DNA of 64,000 nucleotides from the IMG/VR virus record IMGVR_UViG_3300046507_000113, positions 4,965 through 68,964 of that record. One strand, written 5' to 3'. Of the stretch, positions 46,790-56,882 are shown in pieces. This DNA comes from a virus. Position 1 is the stretch's first letter. Each line of letters opens with the position of its first letter. The notes beneath the pieces were generated by a model, which ran no database searches, was not told the origin of the DNA, and saw nothing but the letters and a program-made list of their open reading frames with translations. A program made the position numbers and the translations under genes.

Positions 46790-49700
46790 ATTTGATTATT
46801 CCTTTAGCGGCATCTATTGCATCACCGAGTAACCTTTGAGTTTCTACAGCTGCAGGTCCGATACCTCTGTCAGGATTTGATGTATACGAACGAATCGTAC
46901 CACGACGTACGCTCTTATTGATGAACTTCCTGAAGTCTTTCTCAAGCTCCGAGTCAGCAATCTGATTGATCTTCTTGGAGAGAAAATCTACATCTTCAAG
47001 AGAGTTCGACATGAAGTCAGCTCTACGTTCCTTAACCTGATCGAGCATCTGGATAGAGGCAGGGGTTGTGAACCTCTTAACCTTAGTCGCAGTAGGATTA
47101 AGCTGACCCAAGAAGAAAGTAACAATAGTCTGTGCTGCCTGAGAAGGATCTTGTCCTCTCGGTAGTGCACCAAGAAGTTCCTTCTGATCAGTCATAGGAG
47201 TTTTCTTAGAAACCCTATCATACATATCAGCGACCTTATCGAGTGCAGTAACTACTTCCGGCTTGTCTCTAAAGACTTCCTTCATAGTCAGGTATTCATT
47301 ACCACTATCGTTGTCGAAGGTCTTACTGATATTTCTCTCATTAGCTCTATAGGCGAACCTCTGATCCGGTGGGATCATATCCATCTTAGAACCAGACTTG
47401 ATCTTTTCTTGGAGATAACGGATATAAGAGCCTTGAGCAGCATCCCTAATGACATCTCCACCAGGAGTATTAGCTGCTTCATCCAATAGCTGTTTAACGT
47501 TGGTAACAGAGTTCTTGCCTCGGAAGAGGGTATCAAGAGTTCTACCTACGTCACCACCCTCTACAGGGACTAGACCGTTAGTAGACTTCGACACGAACTT
47601 AGAGAGAATACTATCCTCTGCTTTCGCCTTGAGTTCATCAGCCTGTTCTTTAATCTGATCATAGATCACTTGCTTGTCTTTTGTAGTATTTTCAAGGGTC
47701 TGGATCTTAAGTTCCATTTTCCTGAACTCACCAACCAGAGGACTATTCATACCTTCAAGGTTTTCAATAGCTCCACGGAGATCCGTACGGAGGGTGTTGA
47801 TGTTCTGTTTGCCACCTCTAGCAAGACTATCAGCTAGATTGTTGATTGCCTTACTTGTGAAGAACTCATGTAGTTCAGGACGAATATCTTGACCACCGGC
47901 AGAAACAGCACCTTCAAGAGCCTTACGATAGGTTTCCTTTTCAGCAGTATTCAAGTTATTATTTACATACTGAGAGATACCAACATTGAAGTCTTCCTTT
48001 CCACGAGGGATAGGTAGGTTCTCCGTCTTGACAGCTAGCTCGCCCTTATCAGCGATATTCCTAAGAGGGGCATTCTTCTGTCCATGCCAAGCATTTTGGA
48101 GAGCAATATACTTACCCTTAGCATCTTCAACCATACTCTTGATACCTCCATCACCATTCTGAGCGATGAAGTCAAGCTGTTCGTTATTGATGTTATCTCT
48201 GAGTTTATAGAGTGTCTGTAGTCGTCCAGTAGGATCATTACCTGCAAGAGAAGAGATCTGTTCGTTGATCTGAGTTCTGATCTTATTGTAGATGTTATTG
48301 ACAGAAGGATCTTGTTCGATACTATCTGCCATCTTCTTCAAGAAAGGATCAGTGATATCATAAGAAGGGGCACTAGGACCCTGTTCAACACCAGAAAGAG
48401 GCTTACCAGAATCTGCCCTCATTTGAGTAGAAGGACTGTCTTTGATTACCTGCAAGAAAGAATTAGGATCACCTTCACTCTGAATGTTACCGATAGCCTT
48501 ATAAGCTTCATCAGTTTCATTCCTCATCTTCTTTAAGGCCTCATAAGCCTTGGGAGCAATCTTATTCTCGACAATTTCCTGTTGCTTCTTAGTAGAACCA
48601 AGCTCATTGTTTGCACCAGCCAAGAACTTCTGGAAGTCTACATCATCAGTCATAGCATTGTCCTGAGCTGCTTTCGCCGCATCAAGTTCTCCCTTAACCT
48701 GCCCTACAGCAATGTCAGGAAGAGTTCTATCTTCGATGTTCTGTGTACCACCAATCTTAGCAGCTTCTTCATGTGCAGCGGCTAGACCACCGGGATGAAC
48801 TCCCTCAGCAGCATCACCCAGAATCGCCTGTATATCGCCAACAGCGAGCGAGGCAGTTTCATCGGCACCCATACTAGTCCGGAGCTTCATAAGCTTACCA
48901 GAGGCTTCCTGTGCCTGTGCCTTGACCCATTTCTCATATGATCCGGGATCTTCTGCATTCATCATATTTTTACGAGAGATGTAAGCAGCATTAAAGTAGT
49001 CTTCTGCGAGTTCAGAGAAAGAGCTAGCAGTATCCAGTTTGACCTTACCACTGGCAGACATAAGCTGAAGGTTCTTAACACCATTCCTCTTAACTGCATC
49101 AGCAAGAAGTCTCATCTTGTGAAGGGCTTCTTCAGGGGCACTCTTAGTCAGGTTAGGATCGAGCCAACCCATCAGGGAAATACCAGCCTGTTTGTCAGTC
49201 ATATTGAGACGAGACATATCGAAACCGAAAGGCTTCATGTATCGTGCACCACCAACAGCAGGTTCAATGACCTTGCTCATAGCAGTCTTACCGATTGCAC
49301 CAAAAGTAGCAAGGGTAGTAGAGATAGCAGGGGAGTCCAAAAGAAAGGACATATCCCTAGCCCTGTCTTCAGAAAGTCCGAAAGTCTTCTGGAGATACTG
49401 AGGAGGAACAACCATACCCTCAGAGTTATCTGGAGCAACAATAGCTTCACCAGTACCTACAGCAGCAACCTTCCCTACAGTCTTTGCAAGCTGAGGGACC
49501 TTAATGCCAAGCCCGGCACCAGTAATAACTGAACGAGCCGTATAATCAGCAGACTCTTTAGCTAGTCGAGAGTCATTAGTTGCCTTAAGAGTGGCAGCAT
49601 AGCTTTCCCGGATAGCAGTCTTAGCCTCCGGAGAGATCTTGGCAAACAAACGACCAGCCAATCCAGCAGAACCAGAAATAGCCTTTTCCATACCAGCATT

Positions 49701-50522
49701 ACCGATAGCAAAGGTAGCAATATCAGTAGCCAGTTTTTCACCAGTATGATCAGCAACAGTATCAGGAAGATACTTACCGAACTCACCTTCTTTGCTAAGC
49801 TTACCTTCGGAGACAAAATCTCCTACACCACCAGCAACGTTCTCAAGAACCTGATAGGCCATTCTCTCAAGAGTATTAGCATCCGGCGGATCTACGATAT
49901 ACCTGTTAGAGATGTATGGGTCTTGTCCATTACCCGGAGCATAATCTGGGTTATTCTCTTTGTGTTCTTGTACCCGAATAGGGATACCGAACAGAGAACT
50001 ATCTTCCCCCGTCATATAATACTTGGTCCAACGATCAAGGTCACGCTCGTCCTTTAGCTTCTTAAGATCTTCAGGCATAGCCCCAAGACCACCGATACCA
50101 TTGTCACCGAGCATTATCCCCTTGAAACTACCTTCGTAATCCCTTAGAGCCTTGTACTTATCGGAATTATCTACATCACCATAGATCTGAGACTGGCTCT
50201 GAAGGGGACTATCTTCAGGCATCGCAACACCCTCATAGTCTCCCCTCTCGCGAGCAGCATTCATTTCGTCCTGTTCAGCTTGTACTTGTTCAGGATTAGT
50301 AGCTGTATTAGTGTAATTGATCTTCTGTTTAACAGGGTTAGTGTTGTCAGGAAGAGGATTATCCAACCACGGAGTATCCATGTTAGGAGTAGGAGCAGTA
50401 ACAGTGGTAGGAGCTGGCTGAGCAGAACTATCTTCTACAATCGGGGCAGCTTCCCACCAATTATCACTAGTGGGATTTTCATCATCTTTTACAATAGGAG
50501 CATTATCCCACCAATTAGCCAT
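46788..50522 (-). CDS. Large internal virion (ejection) protein
   Basis: 1244 aa, helical, N-terminal NWWDNAPIV repeat, last gene of the structural arm. Confidence 0.7.
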   Translation of the reverse strand: MANWWDNAPIVKDDENPTSDNWWEAAPIVEDSSAQPAPTTVTAPTPNMDTPWLDNPLPDNTNPVKQKINYTNTATNPEQVQAEQDEMNAARERGDYEGVAMPEDSPLQSQSQIYGDVDNSDKYKALRDYEGSFKGIMLGDNGIGGLGAMPEDLKKLKDERDLDRWTKYYMTGEDSSLFGIPIRVQEHKENNPDYAPGNGQDPYISNRYIVDPPDANTLERMAYQVLENVAGGVGDFVSEGKLSKEGEFGKYLPDTVADHTGEKLATDIATFAIGNAGMEKAISGSAGLAGRLFAKISPEAKTAIRESYAATLKATNDSRLAKESADYTARSVITGAGLGIKVPQLAKTVGKVAAVGTGEAIVAPDNSEGMVVPPQYLQKTFGLSEDRARDMSFLLDSPAISTTLATFGAIGKTAMSKVIEPAVGGARYMKPFGFDMSRLNMTDKQAGISLMGWLDPNLTKSAPEEALHKMRLLADAVKRNGVKNLQLMSASGKVKLDTASSFSELAEDYFNAAYISRKNMMNAEDPGSYEKWVKAQAQEASGKLMKLRTSMGADETASLAVGDIQAILGDAAEGVHPGGLAAAHEEAAKIGGTQNIEDRTLPDIAVGQVKGELDAAKAAQDNAMTDDVDFQKFLAGANNELGSTKKQQEIVENKIAPKAYEALKKMRNETDEAYKAIGNIQSEGDPNSFLQVIKDSPSTQMRADSGKPLSGVEQGPSAPSYDITDPFLKKMADSIEQDPSVNNIYNKIRTQINEQISSLAGNDPTGRLQTLYKLRDNINNEQLDFIAQNGDGGIKSMVEDAKGKYIALQNAWHGQKNAPLRNIADKGELAVKTENLPIPRGKEDFNVGISQYVNNNLNTAEKETYRKALEGAVSAGGQDIRPELHEFFTSKAINNLADSLARGGKQNINTLRTDLRGAIENLEGMNSPLVGEFRKMELKIQTLENTTKDKQVIYDQIKEQADELKAKAEDSILSKFVSKSTNGLVPVEGGDVGRTLDTLFRGKNSVTNVKQLLDEAANTPGGDVIRDAAQGSYIRYLQEKIKSGSKMDMIPPDQRFAYRANERNISKTFDNDSGNEYLTMKEVFRDKPEVVTALDKVADMYDRVSKKTPMTDQKELLGALPRGQDPSQAAQTIVTFFLGQLNPTATKVKRFTTPASIQMLDQVKERRADFMSNSLEDVDFLSKKINQIADSELEKDFRKFINKSVRRGTIRSYTSNPDRGIGPAAVETQRLLGDAIDAAKGIIK

Positions 50523-52282
50523 TAAGGTTTCCTTCTCTTATTACCATTAGGATCAATGAAGATCGCACCGGACGGGAGTTTATCAAATTCTTCTTTCGAC
50601 TTTACAGCGATTGGAGCTTGATCAGTCTGGGGCGGAGGAGTATTACCTGTAATCTTAGTAAGTTCCTGACCCTTCTGGAAGTCGTTGTTGATGTTATTGA
50701 GATACTGCTTAAGGAGTGCTTTCCGTTCAGGAGGCATACCAGGAAGCTGATCGATCTGATCACCGATACGAGTAGGACGGAGACCAGTCTTAACACCAGT
50801 GAGTTTCTCAAAGTTGATAACTGCAGGGTTCTGTTCAAGCTGACGCTGACCGCTAGCAAGTTTAAGGAATGCACCTTGCATCTGTTGATTAAGGGTAGGA
50901 ATGATAATATCAGCATCTACAGACTTACCAATGATTTGCATAGCATTATCAATGTCATTCTTAGAGACCTTACCGTCAGTAGCATTAGCCTGAGCGATAG
51001 CATAAGCAGTACTCATCTGCAGAGAACGATACTTAGCAGCATTGAGAGCCTTCTGTTGGTTGGCAGCGCCCATAAAGCCACTGTCTACGAACTTCTTAGC
51101 TTCTTCACCATATGCAGCCATATCCTTCTCAATGGAGTCTAGCTTACCGGACTGAACATCAGCATTGATCTTAGTTTCCAAGTTGGCAAGAACTTCGAAA
51201 GCAGAACGAGCTTCACCCTGAAGGTTTTGTGCGACACCAGCAAGATTAGATGCAGTGGTGGCAGCAGTTCTATCGTGACCAAGGATTTCAACCATCTTCT
51301 GAGAACTATCGAGGGCAGAGATGAAGTTGGTGGATGCACCATTCCAATCACCAGACTGCTTGCCATAGTCATCATTAAGCTTGTTGAACCTCTGAACATC
51401 TTCAGGTTCCATACGCCTTACAGGACCAGAAACAAGCTGAGGTTCATTACCAGAGATGTTGTAGATACCGTCTGCACGACGTTCACCAGTAAACTGAGAT
51501 CCAATAGAACCATCAGAATTAAGCGAGAAGTATGTAGAAGCATCCTTACCATTGGCATGAGCCTGATCGAGGGCTGTTTCAGACCTTACACGCTGCTGGA
51601 TCTTGACTTCTTCTTGTGCTTCACGGATAGCCTTCGGGTCCTTAGACTCCTGAGCAATACGCAGCTTGTTGAGAGAATCTGCATAGTCACCAATCTTGTA
51701 AGTATCTTTTGGCTTATACGTGTACAGAGAATTTGCATCATCTGCAGTTGTAGAGAACTGATCTTCATCAGCCGGTCCAGAACGCAACGTAGGATCGATA
51801 CTATCAATCTTATCGTTTACACTCTTCATCATACCCTGATACTGAACCTTTGCACCCTTAGCAAGAAGATTATCGCCTTCCTTTGGAGCCATAGGATTAA
51901 CATCAGTGTCATACTGTACATTAGTAACAGCATTGGGCATCTTAATGGTACGAGTGGGTTCCTTGTAATTCGGGTTCTTCTGATAATCACCACTTACAAC
52001 ACGCTTCTGCAGTGTTTCGTAGTCTACACCATTAGAGAGTTCCTTATAGAAGATGCTTGCAGAATTAGGATCACCCATCTGTCCAGCAAGATCCTGTGCT
52101 TTCTTAGCAGCTTCAGTTTCCTTAGCCTTCTTAGCATCTCGCTTAGTCTTCTGTTCCATAAGATTATCCATCTTATACTTGAAGATCAAGTTCTCCTGAT
52201 CCGCCTTTTGTTCTTCGGTACGTGCACGAGCAGCATTAAAAGCTGAGGCAAATCCACTTAGAAATGTTTGAGCTTCTGCCAT
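50522..52282 (-). CDS. Internal virion protein
   Basis: 586 aa; C-terminal EEFDKLPSGAIFIDPNG. Confidence 0.65.
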   Translation of the reverse strand: MAEAQTFLSGFASAFNAARARTEEQKADQENLIFKYKMDNLMEQKTKRDAKKAKETEAAKKAQDLAGQMGDPNSASIFYKELSNGVDYETLQKRVVSGDYQKNPNYKEPTRTIKMPNAVTNVQYDTDVNPMAPKEGDNLLAKGAKVQYQGMMKSVNDKIDSIDPTLRSGPADEDQFSTTADDANSLYTYKPKDTYKIGDYADSLNKLRIAQESKDPKAIREAQEEVKIQQRVRSETALDQAHANGKDASTYFSLNSDGSIGSQFTGERRADGIYNISGNEPQLVSGPVRRMEPEDVQRFNKLNDDYGKQSGDWNGASTNFISALDSSQKMVEILGHDRTAATTASNLAGVAQNLQGEARSAFEVLANLETKINADVQSGKLDSIEKDMAAYGEEAKKFVDSGFMGAANQQKALNAAKYRSLQMSTAYAIAQANATDGKVSKNDIDNAMQIIGKSVDADIIIPTLNQQMQGAFLKLASGQRQLEQNPAVINFEKLTGVKTGLRPTRIGDQIDQLPGMPPERKALLKQYLNNINNDFQKGQELTKITGNTPPPQTDQAPIAVKSKEEFDKLPSGAIFIDPNGNKRRKP

Positions 52283-52836
52283 TACTTAGCACCTTCTTCT
52301 TGTTTGGGAGCCTCTTTGGTAGGAGTCTGAGTCATAGCCATAAAGCCCTGCTGTTGCAGATCACCTTCAGGGGCAGCTGTCTGTTGTTCTGCTTCAGTCT
52401 TGATATCCGGAAGTTCTTCATCCAGAAGCTTCATCGTCTTAGGCAACTTCATTTCATTATCATGCTTGAAGAATGTACCCGTTTCAAACTCCTCATCGTC
52501 ATCAGTGATACCAAGTTCATACTTAACATCAAAACCAATGCACATAAGTTCGATCATTCGGGTGACAGGACCAGCAAGAAGAAGACTGAAGTCAGGAGTC
52601 CATTTACCTTCACCTACACCAGAGATGAGGACAAAAGAAGCAATCTGATAGAGCGGAGTACCCATTTCAGCCATAGTCAAAAGACCATTAGCTACCTTAA
52701 ATTGAGTGATCCTACCAGAGAGGTAGTCAAGAGCTTCATCGATATCCGAATATTCCGGAGGCTGATGCCAAGGATAGTTCTTAGTATCTGAGGTGAAGTT
52801 CTCACCAGGAATTGGTCCACTATTAACCGGCATCAT
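52282..52836 (-). CDS. Virion-associated hypothetical protein
   Basis: PIPGENFT...YPWHQPPEY; structural context. Confidence 0.7.
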   Translation of the reverse strand: MMPVNSGPIPGENFTSDTKNYPWHQPPEYSDIDEALDYLSGRITQFKVANGLLTMAEMGTPLYQIASFVLISGVGEGKWTPDFSLLLAGPVTRMIELMCIGFDVKYELGITDDDEEFETGTFFKHDNEMKLPKTMKLLDEELPDIKTEAEQQTAAPEGDLQQQGFMAMTQTPTKEAPKQEEGAK

Positions 52837-53044
52837 CTTCTCCTTGAGCAGCTTCTTCTAGAGCTTTACGTTCTTTGCTTTTCTGAACCTTAGCTTTCGA
52901 TTTACGGAGATCTTTCTCATAACCATCGAAGAAATCCTTGTTGTGACGTACCTTCTTACCGGTAGTCTTTTCATATTCTGTGGCAAATCCAGCTTGAGTG
53001 TAGAATGCTAGAACTGCTTTCTTGATTGCATCATCCAAATCCAT
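52823..53044 (-). CDS. Hypothetical protein
   Basis: 73 aa; AAGGG SD. Confidence 0.65.
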   Translation of the reverse strand: MDLDDAIKKAVLAFYTQAGFATEYEKTTGKKVRHNKDFFDGYEKDLRKSKAKVQKSKERKALEEAAQGEDDAG

Positions 53045-53053
53045 GTGTCACCC

Positions 53054-54556
53054 TTAACTGAATAAACCTGTAGCCATTTTATCGAAAGTACTAGAACCCA
53101 AGAAACCACCAGCAATACTACCTAGGGCAGCTGCATTAGCACCCTTACGAGCTTGTTTAGATTGCATCGTAGCTAGAGCCAACTGAGCAGCACGATCCTT
53201 AGCACCTTCAGAAGATTTGAAGGCATAGTCAAGAAGTGCATCAGAACGATCCCAAAGCTGATTAAGCTGATTAACAGAGATATCTAACATATTCTTTACG
53301 TCTGTAGTGGCTGCTTCATACTTCTGTTGGTCGTCCTGAAGCTGTACCTGTTGCCTCCAATTAGCATTGGCTATAGCAATATTGTACTGCTGGTCAGAAT
53401 AGAACTTCTGTCTGGAGTCTTCCATAGTAGCATTGAATTTATCAGCATCCTGTGTCTGAGATGCATTGAACTGTGAAATCTGGGTATTCAAGGAGTCATA
53501 GAACTGATCAGTCTGGTTCTTACTAGTAGCATTAAACTGAGCTGCAACATTCTTAGAGTTGGCGTCAGCAAGGATACTCTGAATACGAGACTGATTGTTG
53601 ATTACAGCAGCCTGTTGTTCATTATCTAGGTTCTTCATATCCATAGCAAGAAATGCCTGAGAGTTCTGAACCGCTGCAGTCATTCGGTTGTCCAAGTTCA
53701 TTTCTTCGAACTTAGCAAGAACGTTAGCTGCATTGATAGTAGACTGTTGTTTGTTATCGAGGTTCTTAATTGTTAGTGTCTGGAAGAACTGTGCATCCTG
53801 CTGAGCAATCGGAAGAGAAGCTTCAAGCAGAGCCTGAGACATTGCAGCCGTAGCAGCAGTACCAGTCATACCAGAGAAAGCAGCGATCTTAGAGACATTA
53901 CGAGCAGTAGAAGCAGCCCAAGAAGGAATCTTTGGTTCACCAGTCGTAGGGTCTACAAACTGATCCTGAAGAATCGCGAGCTGACCCTGCAGAGTTGCCT
54001 TACTATCTACGTAGTTACCTTCACCAAGCTGTTGAGCGAGAAGTTTACCAGAGCTAGTAGAAGTATCGATAATGTTAGAAAGGTTCTGTTGTGCAGACTG
54101 TTGAAGGGCCTGCCCTAGCTGATTAGTAGTACCATCTTTGTTAGTACCAGTAGCAATACCAGTCGTATCAGCCTGTGGTACATCTTTAATCTGAGCATTG
54201 TCAGAAACTGTACCCTGCGCACCATTCATTGTGTTATTCTTGACGGCATCTTCAGTAGTTGCGGCGTCATAGGTATTAGCAGCTTTGGGATCTACATTGT
54301 TAACCTTCGAGGGGTCTACAGTAGGAGTATCACCAAGCTGAAGATTAGGATTGTTAGGATCTACCTGAGCAGCCTGCCCTGTTTGTTTAGGATCATCTAG
54401 ACGAGCCGATACAGACGTACCATTCTGTGCATTAACGATAGTACCAGGGTTAGTAGCAATATCTTTAGCATACGATTCTAGATCTTCACCATTAGGGAGA
54501 CCACGAACAGATCTCTGAGCATTTAGATAAGTGTCTGAAGTAAGGTCTTCTGCCAT
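53054..54556 (-). CDS. Q/N/A-rich internal virion protein
   Basis: Repeated QFNA/NLDN coiled-coil segments; Gly-rich hydrophobic C-terminus. Confidence 0.7.
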   Translation of the reverse strand: MAEDLTSDTYLNAQRSVRGLPNGEDLESYAKDIATNPGTIVNAQNGTSVSARLDDPKQTGQAAQVDPNNPNLQLGDTPTVDPSKVNNVDPKAANTYDAATTEDAVKNNTMNGAQGTVSDNAQIKDVPQADTTGIATGTNKDGTTNQLGQALQQSAQQNLSNIIDTSTSSGKLLAQQLGEGNYVDSKATLQGQLAILQDQFVDPTTGEPKIPSWAASTARNVSKIAAFSGMTGTAATAAMSQALLEASLPIAQQDAQFFQTLTIKNLDNKQQSTINAANVLAKFEEMNLDNRMTAAVQNSQAFLAMDMKNLDNEQQAAVINNQSRIQSILADANSKNVAAQFNATSKNQTDQFYDSLNTQISQFNASQTQDADKFNATMEDSRQKFYSDQQYNIAIANANWRQQVQLQDDQQKYEAATTDVKNMLDISVNQLNQLWDRSDALLDYAFKSSEGAKDRAAQLALATMQSKQARKGANAAALGSIAGGFLGSSTFDKMATGLFS

Positions 54557-54831
54557 TATTTCACCCCGTCAAGCTTGTTACGAGCATTTTGTTTATTACC
54601 ACATTCGAGCAAATTCTTACGATCCTCTCCCCAATATTGTTCTGTTTCTTTCTGATTAAGCTCTCTCTCGGGGAGGAGTACAGGAAGTGGACAGGGTTCT
54701 TTAATCTTGGAGTCTATTGTCTTTTTTGGAGCATCAGCAGTAACGACTATCTTACCGAAACTTGTTGAGCCGCATGACGCTAGACTTACTGACAGCAGGA
54801 CGCTGAGCATTAGGGTCTTTATTAGCTTCAC
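54556..54831 (-). CDS. Outer-membrane spanin (Rz1-like)
   Basis: Lipobox LASC; PCPLPV...WGEDR..L.EC; overlaps the i-spanin. Confidence 0.8.
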   Translation of the reverse strand: MKLIKTLMLSVLLSVSLASCGSTSFGKIVVTADAPKKTIDSKIKEPCPLPVLLPERELNQKETEQYWGEDRKNLLECGNKQNARNKLDGVK

Positions 54832-55099
54832 TCTCGTTCTCCTTTTGTATCGCTATTAGTCGATTATTCTCTGACTTGATGTTGTTTACTATCTTGTCTT
54901 GTGCCTCTACAAATCTATCGTGTTCAGCTTTTTGTTTTTCAAGAAGTGCGGCACTAGCTGTATTAACATCAGAGATGATCTTCTCGTATTTCAAAGTTGT
55001 AACAGTAACACCATAGTCATAGACTTTATAACCAGCAAAACTGAGTACCCCAAGTATGGCAAGAACACCAAGAATATAGGGTAGATATTTTATCCACAT
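54752..55099 (-). CDS. Inner-membrane spanin (Rz-like)
   Basis: N-terminal TM plus coiled coil, downstream of the endolysin. Confidence 0.8.
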   Translation of the reverse strand: MWIKYLPYILGVLAILGVLSFAGYKVYDYGVTVTTLKYEKIISDVNTASAALLEKQKAEHDRFVEAQDKIVNNIKSENNRLIAIQKENESEANKDPNAQRPAVSKSSVMRLNKFR

Positions 55100-55378
55100 T
55101 TACTTATCCTCTTCCGGTTCAGGCATAGCTGGTCCATTATATGTACTGGCATCCAAACTATCGTTTTTAACATTGACAGTAGACATCATTTCTTTCAGGT
55201 CTTTATGACCGATATTCATATAGTAACCGCAAACACCAAGCAGAAAGGCGAATGCGGGGGCAGCAACATATGCTGATTCGTGTTCCTTAATTGAATAGAG
55301 AATGGCACACCAAGACAGAATAGAATTGATAGATACCATCCATTTGGAAAATCTTCTACTACTCTTCTCCGTAGCCAT
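55100..55378 (-). CDS. Putative holin
   Basis: MATEKSSRRFSK followed by two TM segments; between endolysin and spanins. Confidence 0.6.
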   Translation of the reverse strand: MATEKSSRRFSKWMVSINSILSWCAILYSIKEHESAYVAAPAFAFLLGVCGYYMNIGHKDLKEMMSTVNVKNDSLDASTYNGPAMPEPEEDK

Positions 55379-55862
55379 TTTTCTTAAGGTCCGCGTCATA
55401 TTGTTCTGCATATCCTGCGATCTTCGCAGCGGCATCCATACCGTTGATAATCCTCCTAGCATTGAGGAAGTCAGACTTACCCAAGGTGCAATAGTCTGAG
55501 AGTTTCTTACCAGTAAACCAACCTTCGACCATCCCAAGGACTGCGATCTTTGCAGCAACTGTGGGGTCCATCGCAAGGTCTTTGTTATTAATGAGGTCAA
55601 CTCCCAACTCCTGACTTGCTTTCTTGTAGTTTGCTTCCCAAGTCAGCTGAACGAAACCTCGGCCATACCAAGGATAATATCTGAGGTTTTTCTTCCTCCA
55701 CGCTTCTGCATTCTTGATCCAATAACCTTCAGCTACTGGTTTCATTGTGTGTGCAGTTTCGTGATAGGCTGTAGCGAGAAGATAAGCCAACTGATTTCTC
55801 AGAAGGCCCTTCGCTTCACCAGCTTTGATCAATTCTTGAGTATAACCGAGGTTTAGATCCAT
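55359..55862 (-). CDS. Endolysin, GH19-like
   Basis: AYLLATAYHET, YGRGFVQLTWEANY, ARRIING. Confidence 0.9.
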   Translation of the reverse strand: MDLNLGYTQELIKAGEAKGLLRNQLAYLLATAYHETAHTMKPVAEGYWIKNAEAWRKKNLRYYPWYGRGFVQLTWEANYKKASQELGVDLINNKDLAMDPTVAAKIAVLGMVEGWFTGKKLSDYCTLGKSDFLNARRIINGMDAAAKIAGYAEQYDADLKKNGYGEE

Positions 55863-55871
55863 TGTTTTTCC

Positions 55872-56873
55872 TTAAGGTGAAATACGGGCTTGACTTAGAT
55901 AGGCTAGTGCCCAATTCAAGTGGCCACGATCAGTTGGATGAACTCCATCAGAAGAGAAATCTCTTGCTGGATCAATAAATGTGGTTAAGTCTACAAACGC
56001 TACTGGAAATCCTCTTGATCTCCATTCGTTGCAAACCTGTTCGATAATAAGATTACAAGCTTGAGCATCAGTCCAAGTACCAATAGAACCAAAAGCAGTC
56101 CAATCAGCGATATTTGGGACAGAACCCAAGAAGACAGGACCAGTGAATATAGGACACTGAATGCCATCTACTACGCAAGCTTTACCGGCGGGAATACCAG
56201 TTACCGGAGGTTTTAATTTAATTGTATGAAGACCGGCACCTAACCCATCAATTACAGTAGCAACTGCCTGAGTACCTGCACCGGGACGAGCCTTACCAGA
56301 CCAAGTGGTAGAACCCCATGCTACTCCATCAACCTCTATATCCAAATCCAACCAACTCGTGGACTCAGTAGCAAATCCGTGGACTACTACGACAGGACCA
56401 GAGAACTGAAAAGTAACAGACGCAGAGGGATCTGTGGTGTACAGGGGGTCATTTGAAAAGAAGCAGGATCGTCCACCATAACTTGTACCGAGATGTGACC
56501 ATACACCAGTTCTTACAACAGCCGGAGCAGGCCATGCGGCTCCACGAAAGTATCCACTAAACAAAGAAGACACTATCGAATCATAAGCAATTTTTACACT
56601 AGGAAGAGCAGCAGCTCCAGCCTGTCTGATATCATTCAGAGGACCATCTGCAACTGCTATCTTAGTTCTACCACCATATGGTGCAAAAGCATTTACTTGA
56701 GCAGCCATACTAGGAAGGCCAGTTCCACTAATTGCTCTATTTTCTACTGAGCCACCTAGGTACTGAGTAAACCGATTGACCCAATAATTTGGAACATTTA
56801 GAGAGTTCTGTCCAAGGGTGATACTCATACCGAAGGCTTGAGTTCCTTGGTTCATTAGTACTGTAACTGACAT
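55872..56873 (-). CDS. SGNH/GDSL-fold tail-associated hydrolase
   Basis: FGMSITLG, NRAISG, LND, DGVHP. Confidence 0.7.
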   Translation of the reverse strand: MSVTVLMNQGTQAFGMSITLGQNSLNVPNYWVNRFTQYLGGSVENRAISGTGLPSMAAQVNAFAPYGGRTKIAVADGPLNDIRQAGAAALPSVKIAYDSIVSSLFSGYFRGAAWPAPAVVRTGVWSHLGTSYGGRSCFFSNDPLYTTDPSASVTFQFSGPVVVVHGFATESTSWLDLDIEVDGVAWGSTTWSGKARPGAGTQAVATVIDGLGAGLHTIKLKPPVTGIPAGKACVVDGIQCPIFTGPVFLGSVPNIADWTAFGSIGTWTDAQACNLIIEQVCNEWRSRGFPVAFVDLTTFIDPARDFSSDGVHPTDRGHLNWALAYLSQARISP

Positions 56874-56882
56874 ATGTTTTCC

